Sequence record: LC819005.1
DNA length: 64,000 bases
Direction: 5' to 3' (one strand)
Positions 37,656 to 48,268 of this stretch are shown here, piece after piece (the first letter of the stretch is position 1; every line of letters starts with the position of its first letter). The notes beneath the pieces were generated by a model. It searched no databases. It was given only the letters and a program-made list of their open reading frames with translations, and was not told where the DNA came from. The translations under genes were made by a program, and so were the position numbers.

Positions 37656-38324
37656 TTACGAGGCCTGGGTTGCGTAACCCTCGACTTCGACGAGGTAAAT
37701 GAAGCCCTCGACGGTCTGGTAAAAGCGCGCGTGCTTGGCGAGCTCGTTGGGCTCGTCGTACAGATAACGCGGCTCGCCGCGCAACTGCGTGATCACGCCC
37801 GGCATCACCTTGTCGGGATTGAAGTGATCGTCAAGCGTTTCAGGCTCGGCGACGGCTTTCAACGCACCTTCGGCGATGTCGTTCTGTTTCATCAGGCGAG
37901 CAAAGGTCTTGCTCACGCCGATCGTGAAGCCCACGAGCATGTAGCCCTTATGGCCTTCCGGCATGCCCTTCGAGAAGAGCACGTCGTTGTAAAGCGGTTG
38001 CGTCGGAATGCGCACACGCACCTTGCACAGAAACTCGTCGGCTTCTGCGGTGACGCGAACCACGTCCACCAGTTCGTAGTGGAAGTGATCGATGATCTCG
38101 ACCAGTCGCTCGAAAGCACCGTGCTGCGAGGACAGGTTGACATATACGCTGCGGGCCTTGCGGCTGCCTTGCTGGCGCAGGATCTTGAAAAGCTGGTCGC
38201 GGTAGAGCCGCGTGAAAGTGTCGAGTTCAGACTGACGACGTTCAAACGCCGTCCTGGGCGTGACGCCCATCGGTGTAAGTCGAGCAGGCGAGTGACTGCC
38301 CACGTAACGAAACTGCTCAATCAT
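37656..38324 (-). CDS. Hypothetical protein (222 aa)
   Basis: SD AGGAGG before MIEQFR; CATATTAC at 38437-38444 upstream. Confidence 0.72.
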   Translation of the reverse strand: MIEQFRYVGSHSPARLTPMGVTPRTAFERRQSELDTFTRLYRDQLFKILRQQGSRKARSVYVNLSSQHGAFERLVEIIDHFHYELVDVVRVTAEADEFLCKVRVRIPTQPLYNDVLFSKGMPEGHKGYMLVGFTIGVSKTFARLMKQNDIAEGALKAVAEPETLDDHFNPDKVMPGVITQLRGEPRYLYDEPNELAKHARFYQTVEGFIYLVEVEGYATQAS

Positions 38325-38480
38325 GAGTGTCCTCCTAAACTGGATGCGCGAGAGCCTCCGTGTGGGAGATCTTCTCATGGAAAATATACGATAAAAGTTA
38401 AATCGTGCTAGCCAACGATGCATCATTCTCACCTTAGTAATATGTATTTGAGATTTCTTTGGATTCAATTCCGCATAACT

Positions 38481-38533
38481 ACGGCATAAGAGGCCACTGG
38501 AAGCCTTCAGAGGGCCTCCAGTGGCTTTATGAC
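38481..38533. terminator. Hairpin terminator flanked by TATG motifs
   Basis: CGGCATAAG-AGGCCACTGGA...TCCAGTGGCT-TTATGAC. Confidence 0.75.
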
Positions 38534-38553
38534 AGCTTGTGGGTGTCTACCCC

Positions 38554-39327
38554 TTACCAGCCAGTCCAGACGGCCTTCGAACGCGCCTTAGCGACCGAGG
38601 GCAATTGCCAGCCGAGCGAGTCCATCAGCTCGTGGACGTTGAGCTGCACGCTCTCGTTGCCCACGCCTGCGGTTTCGATCAGCGTACGCGTACCCGCTTC
38701 GACCTGACCGCGGGTAAAGGACACGTCTTCCAGACCTTCGAGTGCCGGGCTGTTGTACTTCTCAGCCACCGACATGCCCGGTTCGTTCACATAGTCAAAC
38801 GTGACGATGGTCTTGATGTACCGGTTGATCACGCCGTTGACCATCTTGTCATCGGTGAACGAGCGGATCGAGAAGCAGACGTTTTCGGCCGGATTCTGCA
38901 ACTGCTTTTCCAGCACATAGCCCAGCGGGCCATTCGGCGCCACTTCGGCAATGATCGCTACGATCGGGCGGCCTTGGTCGTCCTTGTAGTTATCGAAGTC
39001 GAGCGACACCGAAGCAAAGTGGCAGCACACCTTGTCTTCGTGAATCTGCAGCAGTCGAGCGTAGTAAGCCTGCATCGACATGTTGGCGTCACGGCGGGGA
39101 TGCCCGTATTCGCCACGAAGCGCGCCACGCTTGACGCGGCGCATGAACGAGCTGGATTCCTCGAAGAATTCCCGAGCTGCGTCCGCACGGTAATACATCC
39201 CGGCGCTGTTGAACATGTTCAACGCCCCGATGACCATCACGTAGTAGCCGCGCTCGTTCTTCTTCAGTTCTCCCACCTTGTTCGTCCCGTTGAGCCGGGT
39301 ACAGGTGAAGGAAACGTTGTTGAGCAT
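38554..39327 (-). CDS. Prohead protease (phiKZ gp175-like)
   Basis: Catalytic His in GEYGHP, Ser in FSIRS, Asp in TFDYVNEPG; C-terminal self-cleavage-like PALE. Confidence 0.9.
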   Translation of the reverse strand: MLNNVSFTCTRLNGTNKVGELKKNERGYYVMVIGALNMFNSAGMYYRADAAREFFEESSSFMRRVKRGALRGEYGHPRRDANMSMQAYYARLLQIHEDKVCCHFASVSLDFDNYKDDQGRPIVAIIAEVAPNGPLGYVLEKQLQNPAENVCFSIRSFTDDKMVNGVINRYIKTIVTFDYVNEPGMSVAEKYNSPALEGLEDVSFTRGQVEAGTRTLIETAGVGNESVQLNVHELMDSLGWQLPSVAKARSKAVWTGW

Positions 39328-39333
39328 GATTTC

Positions 39334-40056
39334 TTAGCTGAAGAGAATCTCCTCCAGGCGCTCGGTGCGCTCGGACGGAGAATTGATTGCCGAGACCGTA
39401 CCGTTTCGGAAATACCCACCACCGAGTTTGTTCACGGCGTTGGTCGCGGACAGGGTCACGTCCTTCAGAGACGCGTAGTACGGCGGGTTCGTCGCGATGT
39501 CGTTTTCCGACTCGATCACCTGGCGGTAATACTGCACACGGTTCTTCGGGTTACGGGCCGAGATCGAAATCAAGAGCTCCGTGACTTCCTTGTTACCCCC
39601 GATATTCGCGCCTGCATGCAGACGGGCCGTGTCGAAGATCTTCGCCAGATCGAAATAATTCAGATACCAGGGCACGCGTGCCTTGGCAATGATCTCGTCG
39701 TAGATTTTGTACGTGAGCGTGTCGGTCTTGACCAGCTTCAGGTTCGCAATCACAACACTACCGGGATAGAAGACGAATTCGAGATACTCATCCTCACCCA
39801 CCTGCACCCGGTTAATCTCAGCCGGGTCCAGTCGCATCATGGCGTTGACCATCATGATGCCGTACTGATCCCCCACCACGATCGCGCAGATCCCGATGAT
39901 GTACGTTTCCGCCCCCAGAGAGGCCAGACCTCGCTCTGCAAAACGAGAAGGAACGTACACCTTGCAACCCGTTGAGGTTACCAAGGTGTCGTCCTCCATT
40001 TCGTGCAGCGTAGCGAGGACACTCTTCGGGTTGCGAACCAACTTTGAAGTGTCCAT
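39334..40056 (-). CDS. Virion RNAP beta-prime middle subunit (phiKZ gp176 / SPN3US gp244-like)
   Basis: 240 aa; position between the protease and gp177-like gene; motifs recalled from the family. Confidence 0.65.
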   Translation of the reverse strand: MDTSKLVRNPKSVLATLHEMEDDTLVTSTGCKVYVPSRFAERGLASLGAETYIIGICAIVVGDQYGIMMVNAMMRLDPAEINRVQVGEDEYLEFVFYPGSVVIANLKLVKTDTLTYKIYDEIIAKARVPWYLNYFDLAKIFDTARLHAGANIGGNKEVTELLISISARNPKNRVQYYRQVIESENDIATNPPYYASLKDVTLSATNAVNKLGGGYFRNGTVSAINSPSERTERLEEILFS

Positions 40057-40066
40057 GCGCTACTCC

Positions 40067-41545
40067 TTAGCCGAGCTGGTTGTCTTTGGCCGAGAAGACC
40101 TGAACCTGGTTAGCTGCGACCGGGTCCAGTTGCGCGCCAATCCAGCGGCAGACGTATTCCGTCACCGAGATATTGGCTGCTTCTTGCGCCGAGATGCCGG
40201 GGTTGGTTTCCCGAGCACGTGCCATGCCGCCGAGGATCTGCTTGGCGTCGGTCTTGAAGAAGCGCGCATCACAGGCCAGGCACAGCGCGAGACCGTTGAG
40301 GTCGTCGAAGTCCTTCGGCGTGAGCGTGTTCGACAGACGCAGCACCAGAGCACGCGAGGTTGCCCGTTCTTCGATCGGGAAGTCTTCCGCCGAGTATTCC
40401 TTGGCGAGGTATTCCCATTCGCAGACGACCGCTTCACGCATCTGCAGCAAACGCTTCTGGTCGTAGAACGCCTTGTTCATGGCGTACTGGCGATTCCACG
40501 AAGCTTCGAGCAAATCCTTCTTGGCGATCAGTGCATCCAGGCGCGTTTCCTTCTGCGCTTGCAGCAGGTTGCCGAGCAGCACTTCGTTCGTGCCACCGTT
40601 CTTGAGGAAGTCGCGATACACCGAGGCGTTGACCGTGACCTTGATCTGGCCACCGGGCACTTGTTCCGTACCGATCACGAGAATGCCGGCCTGGCTATCG
40701 CGATCGAGGCGTTCGAGTTCGTGGCACAGACGCAGACCCGCTTGCGAACGCAGCGACACCATCGCGCTTTCGTAGGCAGCCGACGACATGTTCACGCCTT
40801 CGAGCGGCGCATTCCAGATACGTCGCGCGATCAGGAACACCATCAGCGCGCTGTCGACGTTTTCACGTCCAGCGATATAGGCATCGAAACCATCGACCGG
40901 TACAGCAGCCGTAGCAGGCACGCAAAACATCGACTTCCAGCGTGCAGCGAGCCAGCCTTCGGGCTTCTTCGCGAAGTATTCAGTGACAGCCGCGTCGACT
41001 GCAGCCGAACCCGTCGTCATCAACGAACGGATCTGGTTATCGTCGAGTTCCGGGAAACCGGAGAGCAGCTGCACGCGGGTGAACACCGCTTCCTTGTTCA
41101 GCTCGATCGACTGCACGAGGCCGGGTTCCGAGAGCGGACCCGGTTGCGTATGCAGCACGACTTCGACGCCGTTGTCGGGGTTCGAGCCGACCAGCTCCAT
41201 CGCCTGTTGCAGACGGCCTGCATACGCGTCGACAAACGGTGCAACGACCGTGCGGGCATAGAACAGGTGCTTCTGCAGCTTTTCGGCGAGGAAGTCCGAG
41301 ATTTCGTCCATCCGGGCGCTGTGCTCCGAATAACCGGTGGCTTGACAAGCCTGGTCGGTCATCGCGCACATCGCATTCAGATCGTGGTAATACTCACCAC
41401 CTTGCTGCGCCGGATCGTAGTTGATGTAGGTTGCAGCAACCAGAGTGGCAAGCAGACTGCCAGGTTTTGCAACCAGTGCGATACCTTTTTCATCGAGGTT
41501 CTTCGTGGTAACGTAGGTGCTTTCGGCCGCTTGAAGAGACAGCAT
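40067..41545 (-). CDS. Virion protein (phiKZ gp177-like)
   Basis: 492 aa; synteny in the conserved RNAP/protease block. Confidence 0.68.
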   Translation of the reverse strand: MLSLQAAESTYVTTKNLDEKGIALVAKPGSLLATLVAATYINYDPAQQGGEYYHDLNAMCAMTDQACQATGYSEHSARMDEISDFLAEKLQKHLFYARTVVAPFVDAYAGRLQQAMELVGSNPDNGVEVVLHTQPGPLSEPGLVQSIELNKEAVFTRVQLLSGFPELDDNQIRSLMTTGSAAVDAAVTEYFAKKPEGWLAARWKSMFCVPATAAVPVDGFDAYIAGRENVDSALMVFLIARRIWNAPLEGVNMSSAAYESAMVSLRSQAGLRLCHELERLDRDSQAGILVIGTEQVPGGQIKVTVNASVYRDFLKNGGTNEVLLGNLLQAQKETRLDALIAKKDLLEASWNRQYAMNKAFYDQKRLLQMREAVVCEWEYLAKEYSAEDFPIEERATSRALVLRLSNTLTPKDFDDLNGLALCLACDARFFKTDAKQILGGMARARETNPGISAQEAANISVTEYVCRWIGAQLDPVAANQVQVFSAKDNQLG

Positions 41546-41548
41546 GAT

Positions 41549-41803
41549 TTATTGGCCTCCGAGCTTCTTGGTGATTTCCTGCTGGAAGATCACCTGGGCG
41601 GTGTTGTAGGTCGTCGTGCGCGAGAGCTCGGTGCCTTGCAGCGAGCGGCTGATCGCGTCCGTGTTGAGCTTTTCGATCGTCCGGGCAGCGAGCTCGGCCG
41701 CATTGGCGAGCACCGCTCCGGTCATGACTGATTGTCGATTTTTCATAAGACTGTACGTCCGCTGATGTTTGGTGAAGAAAAATCCGCGTATAGCGTGACA
41801 CAT
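41549..41803 (-). CDS. Small conserved hypothetical protein (start uncertain)
   Basis: ORF between vRNAP beta and the gp177-like gene. Confidence 0.55.
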   Translation of the reverse strand: MCHAIRGFFFTKHQRTYSLMKNRQSVMTGAVLANAAELAARTIEKLNTDAISRSLQGTELSRTTTYNTAQVIFQQEITKKLGGQ

Positions 41804-41840
41804 GAAAGAGGCTACGGGGCCGAAACCCCGTAGCCGTCCT

Positions 41841-44800
41841 TTATGCCTTGCCTTCGCGGTAAGCCTTGATCACCCGTTTCGCTGCCACCATCAGCAGCGT
41901 CGTGGTAGTTCCGATGATGTACGGCGAGGTCACAATACGAGCAGCAAGTGAGTTAGCCCCGAAGACCGCGTCGATCTCGACACCGGACTCCGTACGGATG
42001 TTATCGTTAAACACCCGGCCGAACACGGTCTTCAGCTGGTTGCCGAAGACGCCCTTGTCACCCACACCAGCCGACACTCGTGTGCTGATGTACACCCGGA
42101 TACATGCGGTATCCATCAACAACGGGTCGGTGCCGATGCGGAACTCATCCGACACCTGGCCCGTGTAGGCCCGACGTCCGATTGCCACATTGCGCCCAGC
42201 GATCCGCTTGTCCGACCATTGAGCCAGTCCTCGCAGACTGTTCGACATGTCTTCCAGATCGCCGTTGTAGTAGACCTCGATGCGCTCGATCTTGCCCTTG
42301 ACCTTGGCCTGGGGCGTCTGGGCCTGCAGCACGCGCAGGGTGTCCAGCGTTTCCTCGTCCAGGAAGTGATTCCGGGCTGATTGCGCATCTTCAATGATGC
42401 ATAACATACTTTCGGGCTCTACCGCGTCGTGCTCCTTGACCATGCGGTGAATCTCCTGGTCAAAGTTCACCACGATGTCCTTGATCTTCACCTGTTCAGA
42501 GATGAGTTTCTTGGTCAGTCGGGTGGAGATAGCAGACGAGTCTTCCAGCGTGTCAGGCGACTCCATCAGCACCACCTTAGCAAGCGTGGCGGACTTCCAG
42601 ATGATCTGCTTCGGGTTGAGCATGTCGCGCTCGAAGAAGCCGGTGTTGTAAGCGATCGGCTCACCCACTGCAAACACCTGCCCCTCGACCAGGTCCGTCT
42701 TGATGGTGTGCGGAATCGTGAGACCTGCAGCGTTGCCGTAGCGACGACCGAGAATCACACCCTTCTGCTCACCGTCATCGAACTGCACCACGATACCGTC
42801 GGGTTTCACCGACAGCACCTTACCGGGCTTCTTGGCCGTGACCGCAAACATGTCACCCACGCGGTGCGGGATCACTTGTTCATAGCCCGTACGCACCATC
42901 GCTTGGCGGTAACCTTCACAGGACACCACGTGACGATTTTGAATGCCGATAAAGTTCACCCGCTTTGGATCGTCCTTGGTCGAGCCTGGCGACACCAGGG
43001 CCGAGGTCGACAGCAACGAAGTCGGACCGTGCGCTGCCGCATCATACGGACGCGACGTGCCACGCAGCGAATCAAACTGCGGGTTGGCCGAAGTAAAGAC
43101 GTTGATGGCCACGTCCGAGGAGTCCACCGTCGACTCCGAGATCACCCCCATGTCGTTGCGGTGATAGATCCGGGTAGACTTCACCATCGAGCGGGAGTTA
43201 CGACCACCCGTACCCGAATACGTGACTGCCTCGTTTTCCTTCAAGTTCTGGATCGGGTTGATTTCCGAGACCTGATCTTTGGCCGGATCTTGCTGAATCG
43301 CAATCCATACCGCGTACGGATTCACTTCCAGCCCGTAACGATGCTTGCCCGGTCGACCGCTGTGCACCCGTGCCGACTTGACCAGCTCCGCGTACACCGC
43401 ACCCGAGAACCGCTCGTAGCCCTTGATCCGCATATACCGCGTATCCTGGCTGTCCGGGTGTTGGTCGTCCGTGAGCATTTCCGAGGCACGAATCAACAGC
43501 TTCGTGAACACGGTCGGCTCTTTCATCTCGATCAGCAGATCGCGGGTGATCGGGTCGACGAACATCTGCTCCAGCAAGTCGAGCTCGCGCAGATACTTGA
43601 CACCCAGCTTCTTCTCTTCGAACAGATTGAAGTAGACATCTTTCTTGCTGAACTCCTCGGTCGGGAACCGCGAAGTCGTCTCGTAGAAGTCACGCCAGCC
43701 ACCGAGCACCATCGTCGCCAGCTTGTCCTTCCGGGAGAACACGTACGTGCGGTCGTCGAAGTTGATCGACCACTCATCTTCCACCAGATTCGCCCGCTTA
43801 CCCACCGGCAGCACGCGCATCGAGGTCGGCTGCACCAGTTGCAGCACAGCATCCCAACCCAGCAGATAACCCAGCACCACACCCACCGGAATCATCTTGC
43901 CGAAGACTTTCAGCTCCGCAAACTCCAGCGGGGCCTTGCGGCTGTCCAGACCCAGGATCGATTCGATCGACGGTGCAGGCCGCATGCCAGCTTCGTCGTG
44001 GATGTACAGGTTCTCGTCGAACCCAGCCAACAGCTCGCCTTTGCCTTCCACGGCGCGACCCATCACGATAAACCCAGGGCTCATCCGCAGACCGAGAATA
44101 GTCGCCATGTCGAAGTGGCACTTGTACGGCTTGCCCTCGACCATCAGCGTGAATTCACGAAAGCCCATGGCAATCGCCGAGATCAAACGCGGTGTCTTGC
44201 GACCCTTGTCGAATCCCGAGCCCGGCACCATGTTCGTGACCGTCTGATCACTGACGCTCAAACCGCGCGACATGATTGCCTGACGAATCCACTTACCCCA
44301 GTCATTCACCCGACGCTGGCTACGCTCAGCAAACACCTTGCCGTAGTAGCTGGTCAGTGCAACCTGATCCGGTGCGATCTTGCGGATGGGCATGTCGCCA
44401 CGTTGCATCCGCATGCGGTAGTTCACCCCGTTGATCTTGAAGTTACCTTCATCGTCAACCTTCGGGATCTTCATCTTGATCGTCGACGGTGCACCTTCGA
44501 TCGGTTTCAGCTGCACCGTGTACTCGTGGTGCGTACCGGTGATGTCTTCCACTTCTTCGACATCGAAGTTGTTGATCATCACCCCCGCCGACTGCAGCGA
44601 GGAGACCATCGAGGAGATGTCGCGCTGCATGATCTCGCGCGAATAGCGCTCGTTCCAGTTCAGGAGCGTCGACTGCAGCATCGTCTTGTCGATGATCGTC
44701 GGCTGATCCGGAATGGCCGGAGGCGTCTCGATCTTGAGCTTCTCGGGCGGGACCTTGACAAAGTCCTTCATCGTGCCTTCGTGACCCAGCGGTGCAGGCA

Positions 44801-46241
44801 ACGAATTGAAACGCTCACTCGCTTCCAGCAAACGCCGATACTCAGCCGCGGTAATGGCACCCGAGTCAGCCGCTTTGGCCAGTTGATGCTGGAACGCTTC
44901 CTGGTGATCGACCGGGAAGAACTTCGGTTGCTTAGCCGGTGCCGCGGGACCACCTGCTGTAGCCACACCGTCATCCGATACAGCCAGCTCAGGCGTTTCC
45001 GCATGGGCATCTTCCGTCTCGTCGTCATCCGCATCCGGAGGCGGCGGTGCGTCGTCTTCCGACACCGAGGTGATTTCCAGCGCTTCGAGGTCCTTGTCGA
45101 TTTCCGCCATGAAGTTGGCGTGATCGGTTTCGGCATCGTACCCGGCGTAAGCTTGTGCCTCCGTCACTTCGTCATCGTTGGTCGACGACTTGGTGTTGGG
45201 CGAGCCACTGGCTGCGTCCATGCCTTCGGTCTCGGTCGGGTCCACAGCGTCCGGCGTTTCCGGCTGGCCCTTGTCCGGACCTTCCGGCAGATCATCAGTC
45301 ACCGGCTTGCCTTCCTCGTCACCGAGGTTCTCCGGCATATCGACGCTACGGACTTCGGTGACAGCCATCAGCATACGCAGGAACATTTTCTGCATCACCG
45401 ACGGGTCCCACGAACCCTTCTTGAGCGGCTCGATCTCGGGATTCTCCTGCTTCGCTTCTTCGTGCGCCCGGATCGTCGCCTGGTCAGGCTTGCGCCATTC
45501 TTCCAGCAACGCGAGATCCACCACACAGAAGCGATCCGCTTCACGCAGAATCAGCTTGACGTTCGAGACGTCCGGGATGTACTTGTGGATCAGCGACTTC
45601 TCGGCGCGATGCTCGCCCAGCCAGGTCCACAGGTGATGCAAGAGGATCAACTCGTACGAATTGAAGATCCCCATGTTCTTCGTGGTCCAGCCCTGCACCG
45701 AACGATCCAGCACGGTCCGAGCGGGCAACTGTTGTGGCAGCTGCAGCTCGATGTACTGGTGATAACCCGTGTGCACATTCTGGCCAATCGACTGGAACAA
45801 CGTCGCGAAGATGTTGTACCAGCGGTTGTGGAACGTGAACAGGTTGCGCTGGTACTTATAGCGCCCCAGCAGCAGCCCGTAGTTGTGCGTGACGATCACG
45901 CGGTTATCGCGCTTCATCGCCTCGATATCAATCGAAGCCCGGAAACGCGGATGGGCGGTGCGGAACTGACGGATCTTGGTGTTGATATCCCCCGGGATAG
46001 GCCGGGGGTTGCCCTTCATCTCCACCAGCGTCGTGTGATGCGTGATCCGCAACGGCTTGGTATTCTTCTGGTAAAACAGCATGTCTTCGCTCGGCCACGG
46101 GTTGGTGACCGACGGCGAGACATAGTGCACCATCGCCATGGCCGGCAGTTCAAACCGCGTCACCAAGGGCAGAGGTGGCGAAGTGAACTGGCCGGTACGG
46201 CGCAGCACAAAGTTGCGAAAGAAAAACTGGTATTGAATCAT
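41841..46241 (-). CDS. Virion RNA polymerase beta subunit, N-terminal part (phiKZ gp178-like)
   Basis: 1466 aa; beta motifs KDDPKRVNFIGIQNRH, EDSSAIS, VGDKGVFGNQLK; acidic linker at about aa 300-420. Confidence 0.92.
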   Translation of the reverse strand: MIQYQFFFRNFVLRRTGQFTSPPLPLVTRFELPAMAMVHYVSPSVTNPWPSEDMLFYQKNTKPLRITHHTTLVEMKGNPRPIPGDINTKIRQFRTAHPRFRASIDIEAMKRDNRVIVTHNYGLLLGRYKYQRNLFTFHNRWYNIFATLFQSIGQNVHTGYHQYIELQLPQQLPARTVLDRSVQGWTTKNMGIFNSYELILLHHLWTWLGEHRAEKSLIHKYIPDVSNVKLILREADRFCVVDLALLEEWRKPDQATIRAHEEAKQENPEIEPLKKGSWDPSVMQKMFLRMLMAVTEVRSVDMPENLGDEEGKPVTDDLPEGPDKGQPETPDAVDPTETEGMDAASGSPNTKSSTNDDEVTEAQAYAGYDAETDHANFMAEIDKDLEALEITSVSEDDAPPPPDADDDETEDAHAETPELAVSDDGVATAGGPAAPAKQPKFFPVDHQEAFQHQLAKAADSGAITAAEYRRLLEASERFNSLPAPLGHEGTMKDFVKVPPEKLKIETPPAIPDQPTIIDKTMLQSTLLNWNERYSREIMQRDISSMVSSLQSAGVMINNFDVEEVEDITGTHHEYTVQLKPIEGAPSTIKMKIPKVDDEGNFKINGVNYRMRMQRGDMPIRKIAPDQVALTSYYGKVFAERSQRRVNDWGKWIRQAIMSRGLSVSDQTVTNMVPGSGFDKGRKTPRLISAIAMGFREFTLMVEGKPYKCHFDMATILGLRMSPGFIVMGRAVEGKGELLAGFDENLYIHDEAGMRPAPSIESILGLDSRKAPLEFAELKVFGKMIPVGVVLGYLLGWDAVLQLVQPTSMRVLPVGKRANLVEDEWSINFDDRTYVFSRKDKLATMVLGGWRDFYETTSRFPTEEFSKKDVYFNLFEEKKLGVKYLRELDLLEQMFVDPITRDLLIEMKEPTVFTKLLIRASEMLTDDQHPDSQDTRYMRIKGYERFSGAVYAELVKSARVHSGRPGKHRYGLEVNPYAVWIAIQQDPAKDQVSEINPIQNLKENEAVTYSGTGGRNSRSMVKSTRIYHRNDMGVISESTVDSSDVAINVFTSANPQFDSLRGTSRPYDAAAHGPTSLLSTSALVSPGSTKDDPKRVNFIGIQNRHVVSCEGYRQAMVRTGYEQVIPHRVGDMFAVTAKKPGKVLSVKPDGIVVQFDDGEQKGVILGRRYGNAAGLTIPHTIKTDLVEGQVFAVGEPIAYNTGFFERDMLNPKQIIWKSATLAKVVLMESPDTLEDSSAISTRLTKKLISEQVKIKDIVVNFDQEIHRMVKEHDAVEPESMLCIIEDAQSARNHFLDEETLDTLRVLQAQTPQAKVKGKIERIEVYYNGDLEDMSNSLRGLAQWSDKRIAGRNVAIGRRAYTGQVSDEFRIGTDPLLMDTACIRVYISTRVSAGVGDKGVFGNQLKTVFGRVFNDNIRTESGVEIDAVFGANSLAARIVTSPYIIGTTTTLLMVAAKRVIKAYREGKA

Positions 46242-46243
46242 GG

Positions 46244-48268
46244 TTAATCCACTCGTGCGATGTCAAGCATGCTGTGGTCAATGAACTTGACCATCACTTC
46301 CTTTTCACCGCTATCGTAAAGTTTGCGCAAACGATGGTTGCCGTCGAGAATGTAGATCTTCCCCTTCTCGCGAATACCGATCAGCGGCACACTCGGGTCA
46401 GCCTTTTCCAGTCGGTCCTTGTCGAGGTCCTCGTCACCCTTGACGTTCCACGCCACATCCTTCATCTTGACACTCACCGCTTCGATGTTCTCAGCGATGT
46501 CGAAAATGTCGTTGATGTAGTAGTGCACGCCCCAATGGGTGAACGTGTCGGACTTGTGCTCCTGATAGACTTCGACAGCCGCGCCCGTGTCTTCCAGCGC
46601 TGAGGTAAGCGACCACTCTTCCATCGCGGGCTGCTTCACCACGACGGGCTCACCCGTGAGGTTCCAGAGCACCAACTCGACGGTAGCCACTGCACAGCTA
46701 TAGAGCAGCTCACCGTTGGAGCCGATATACGCCTTGCGGGTCTTGAAGAACGCTTCGGCTTCTGCGATCGCTTCGTCCGAGTAGGCGATGTTCGCCGAGG
46801 AGGTGTCACCGTCGAAGTCAGCCGTCAGGCGCTGCAGGTGGCTGGAGTGCGGAATCAGCGAATTCACAAACGCCGAGTCCTGGCGCGGGAACTCATACGC
46901 CACGTACGCGTCACCCGCATCAATCCAGGCATCATCCAGCATGCGCCGCTCGTCGTGCGCCACCGTCACCCGCAGGTGCGTCTTGCTCGGATAGATCGAA
47001 CCGATCCCCGCCACCGGATAGCGCGTCAGGAAGAGCGGGTATTTACCGAAGTGGCGATACACGGACAAATAAAAGAGATCCGTCAGCGTGAGCGGGCGAA
47101 CATGCTCGCGACTGCGCGTCGGCGGCAACTGCGTGATGTCGTTGAAGACCTTGAACGTGCCATCCGGTCCCAGATACAGCAGGCCCAGATAGTAACCGTC
47201 GATCAAGAGCGGCTGGTTGCGGATGTCTTCTTCGCGGAACGAGGCGATGATCTTCTCGATCCCCTCCTGCGTCGCCCACTTGTCATAGTAGCGCACATGC
47301 AGGAAGACGTCGCGAGGACGCCAGGTCTTCGGGTCCACCAAAATAGCGGCCGAGTTGACATCCGGGAACATCTTCGAGAGGAAGTCGCGCACCTGGGCAG
47401 CGGACACCGGCAAAGTCGCCTGGAGATATTGGTATAGACCCAGGATGGTACTATTGAAGTCGGGGGTGCCTTTTTTGCCCAGCACCGTCACGGCCGTGTT
47501 CATAGCCGTGATGACGTTCCGCGTACCATTGAAGATCCGACGCGAGGCAACCTTGCCGAGGAAGAGCTTCTTCTTGCCCTTGATCAGCGCCTCGATCATG
47601 TCGTAGAGCGCGACAAAGTTCAGCTGCATATCGAAACGCGGCTTGTCGATCACTTCGGCGTTCGTGCCGAGGCTCGATTCGACGATCACGTTCGAGAGCG
47701 CAATGAACTTGCGATACAGCGTGTTGATCTCGTCCTCGCTCTTGCGGTTGAGTTCGTCGATCTCGATATCGCGCAGACCCGCAGGCATCACCACGACATA
47801 GCGGGTGAGCGCGGTTTCCTTGTGGGCTTCCACGAGCTTGATGTACTCGGCCCGGATGTTGGAGGTGCCCTGCTCGTAGTTGATCTCTTTCCAGTGTTCG
47901 AGGAAAAAGGCGTAACCGGTACGGGCTCCGTCCGAGGGCTTACCCTTGACGAAGTCTTTTTGGCTGTCGTCCCACAGCGCCCAGGCTTTACCAGCCATGA
48001 TGTCGCCATAGAAGCGCTTGAGCTTCGTGATCGCCATGAAAATGAGCGGGTGGAAGATCGGTGCCTTGATGTCGATATAACCAAACAGCAGGCTACGACG
48101 TTCATCACCCACCCGACCGAAGATGTCTGTGGAGAACAGACCTTCGGGGTGGAAGTTGGTGGTCGCGCCGTCGAAGATATCGAGCGCTTTGACCTGTTTG
48201 ACGCTTTTCAGTTTTTCCGGTGTGAGATTCAGCAGCCCAATGTTAAAGGGCACAGACATTTTTTGCAT
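46244..48268 (-). CDS. Virion RNA polymerase beta-prime catalytic subunit (phiKZ gp180-like) with a C-terminal ParB/Srx-like extension
   Basis: Catalytic ADFDGD at 46805-46819; RRIFNGTRNVI; extension containing YILDGNHR at 46331-46345. Confidence 0.9.
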   Translation of the reverse strand: MQKMSVPFNIGLLNLTPEKLKSVKQVKALDIFDGATTNFHPEGLFSTDIFGRVGDERRSLLFGYIDIKAPIFHPLIFMAITKLKRFYGDIMAGKAWALWDDSQKDFVKGKPSDGARTGYAFFLEHWKEINYEQGTSNIRAEYIKLVEAHKETALTRYVVVMPAGLRDIEIDELNRKSEDEINTLYRKFIALSNVIVESSLGTNAEVIDKPRFDMQLNFVALYDMIEALIKGKKKLFLGKVASRRIFNGTRNVITAMNTAVTVLGKKGTPDFNSTILGLYQYLQATLPVSAAQVRDFLSKMFPDVNSAAILVDPKTWRPRDVFLHVRYYDKWATQEGIEKIIASFREEDIRNQPLLIDGYYLGLLYLGPDGTFKVFNDITQLPPTRSREHVRPLTLTDLFYLSVYRHFGKYPLFLTRYPVAGIGSIYPSKTHLRVTVAHDERRMLDDAWIDAGDAYVAYEFPRQDSAFVNSLIPHSSHLQRLTADFDGDTSSANIAYSDEAIAEAEAFFKTRKAYIGSNGELLYSCAVATVELVLWNLTGEPVVVKQPAMEEWSLTSALEDTGAAVEVYQEHKSDTFTHWGVHYYINDIFDIAENIEAVSVKMKDVAWNVKGDEDLDKDRLEKADPSVPLIGIREKGKIYILDGNHRLRKLYDSGEKEVMVKFIDHSMLDIARVD

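Noticed and set aside
44900-45400. Acidic/Pro-rich insertion in vRNAP beta as a possible intein or mobile insertion
   Set aside because: No intein Cys/Ser...His-Asn ends or LAGLIDADG/HNH motifs; a protease-processed acidic linker is expected in gp178-like proteins.
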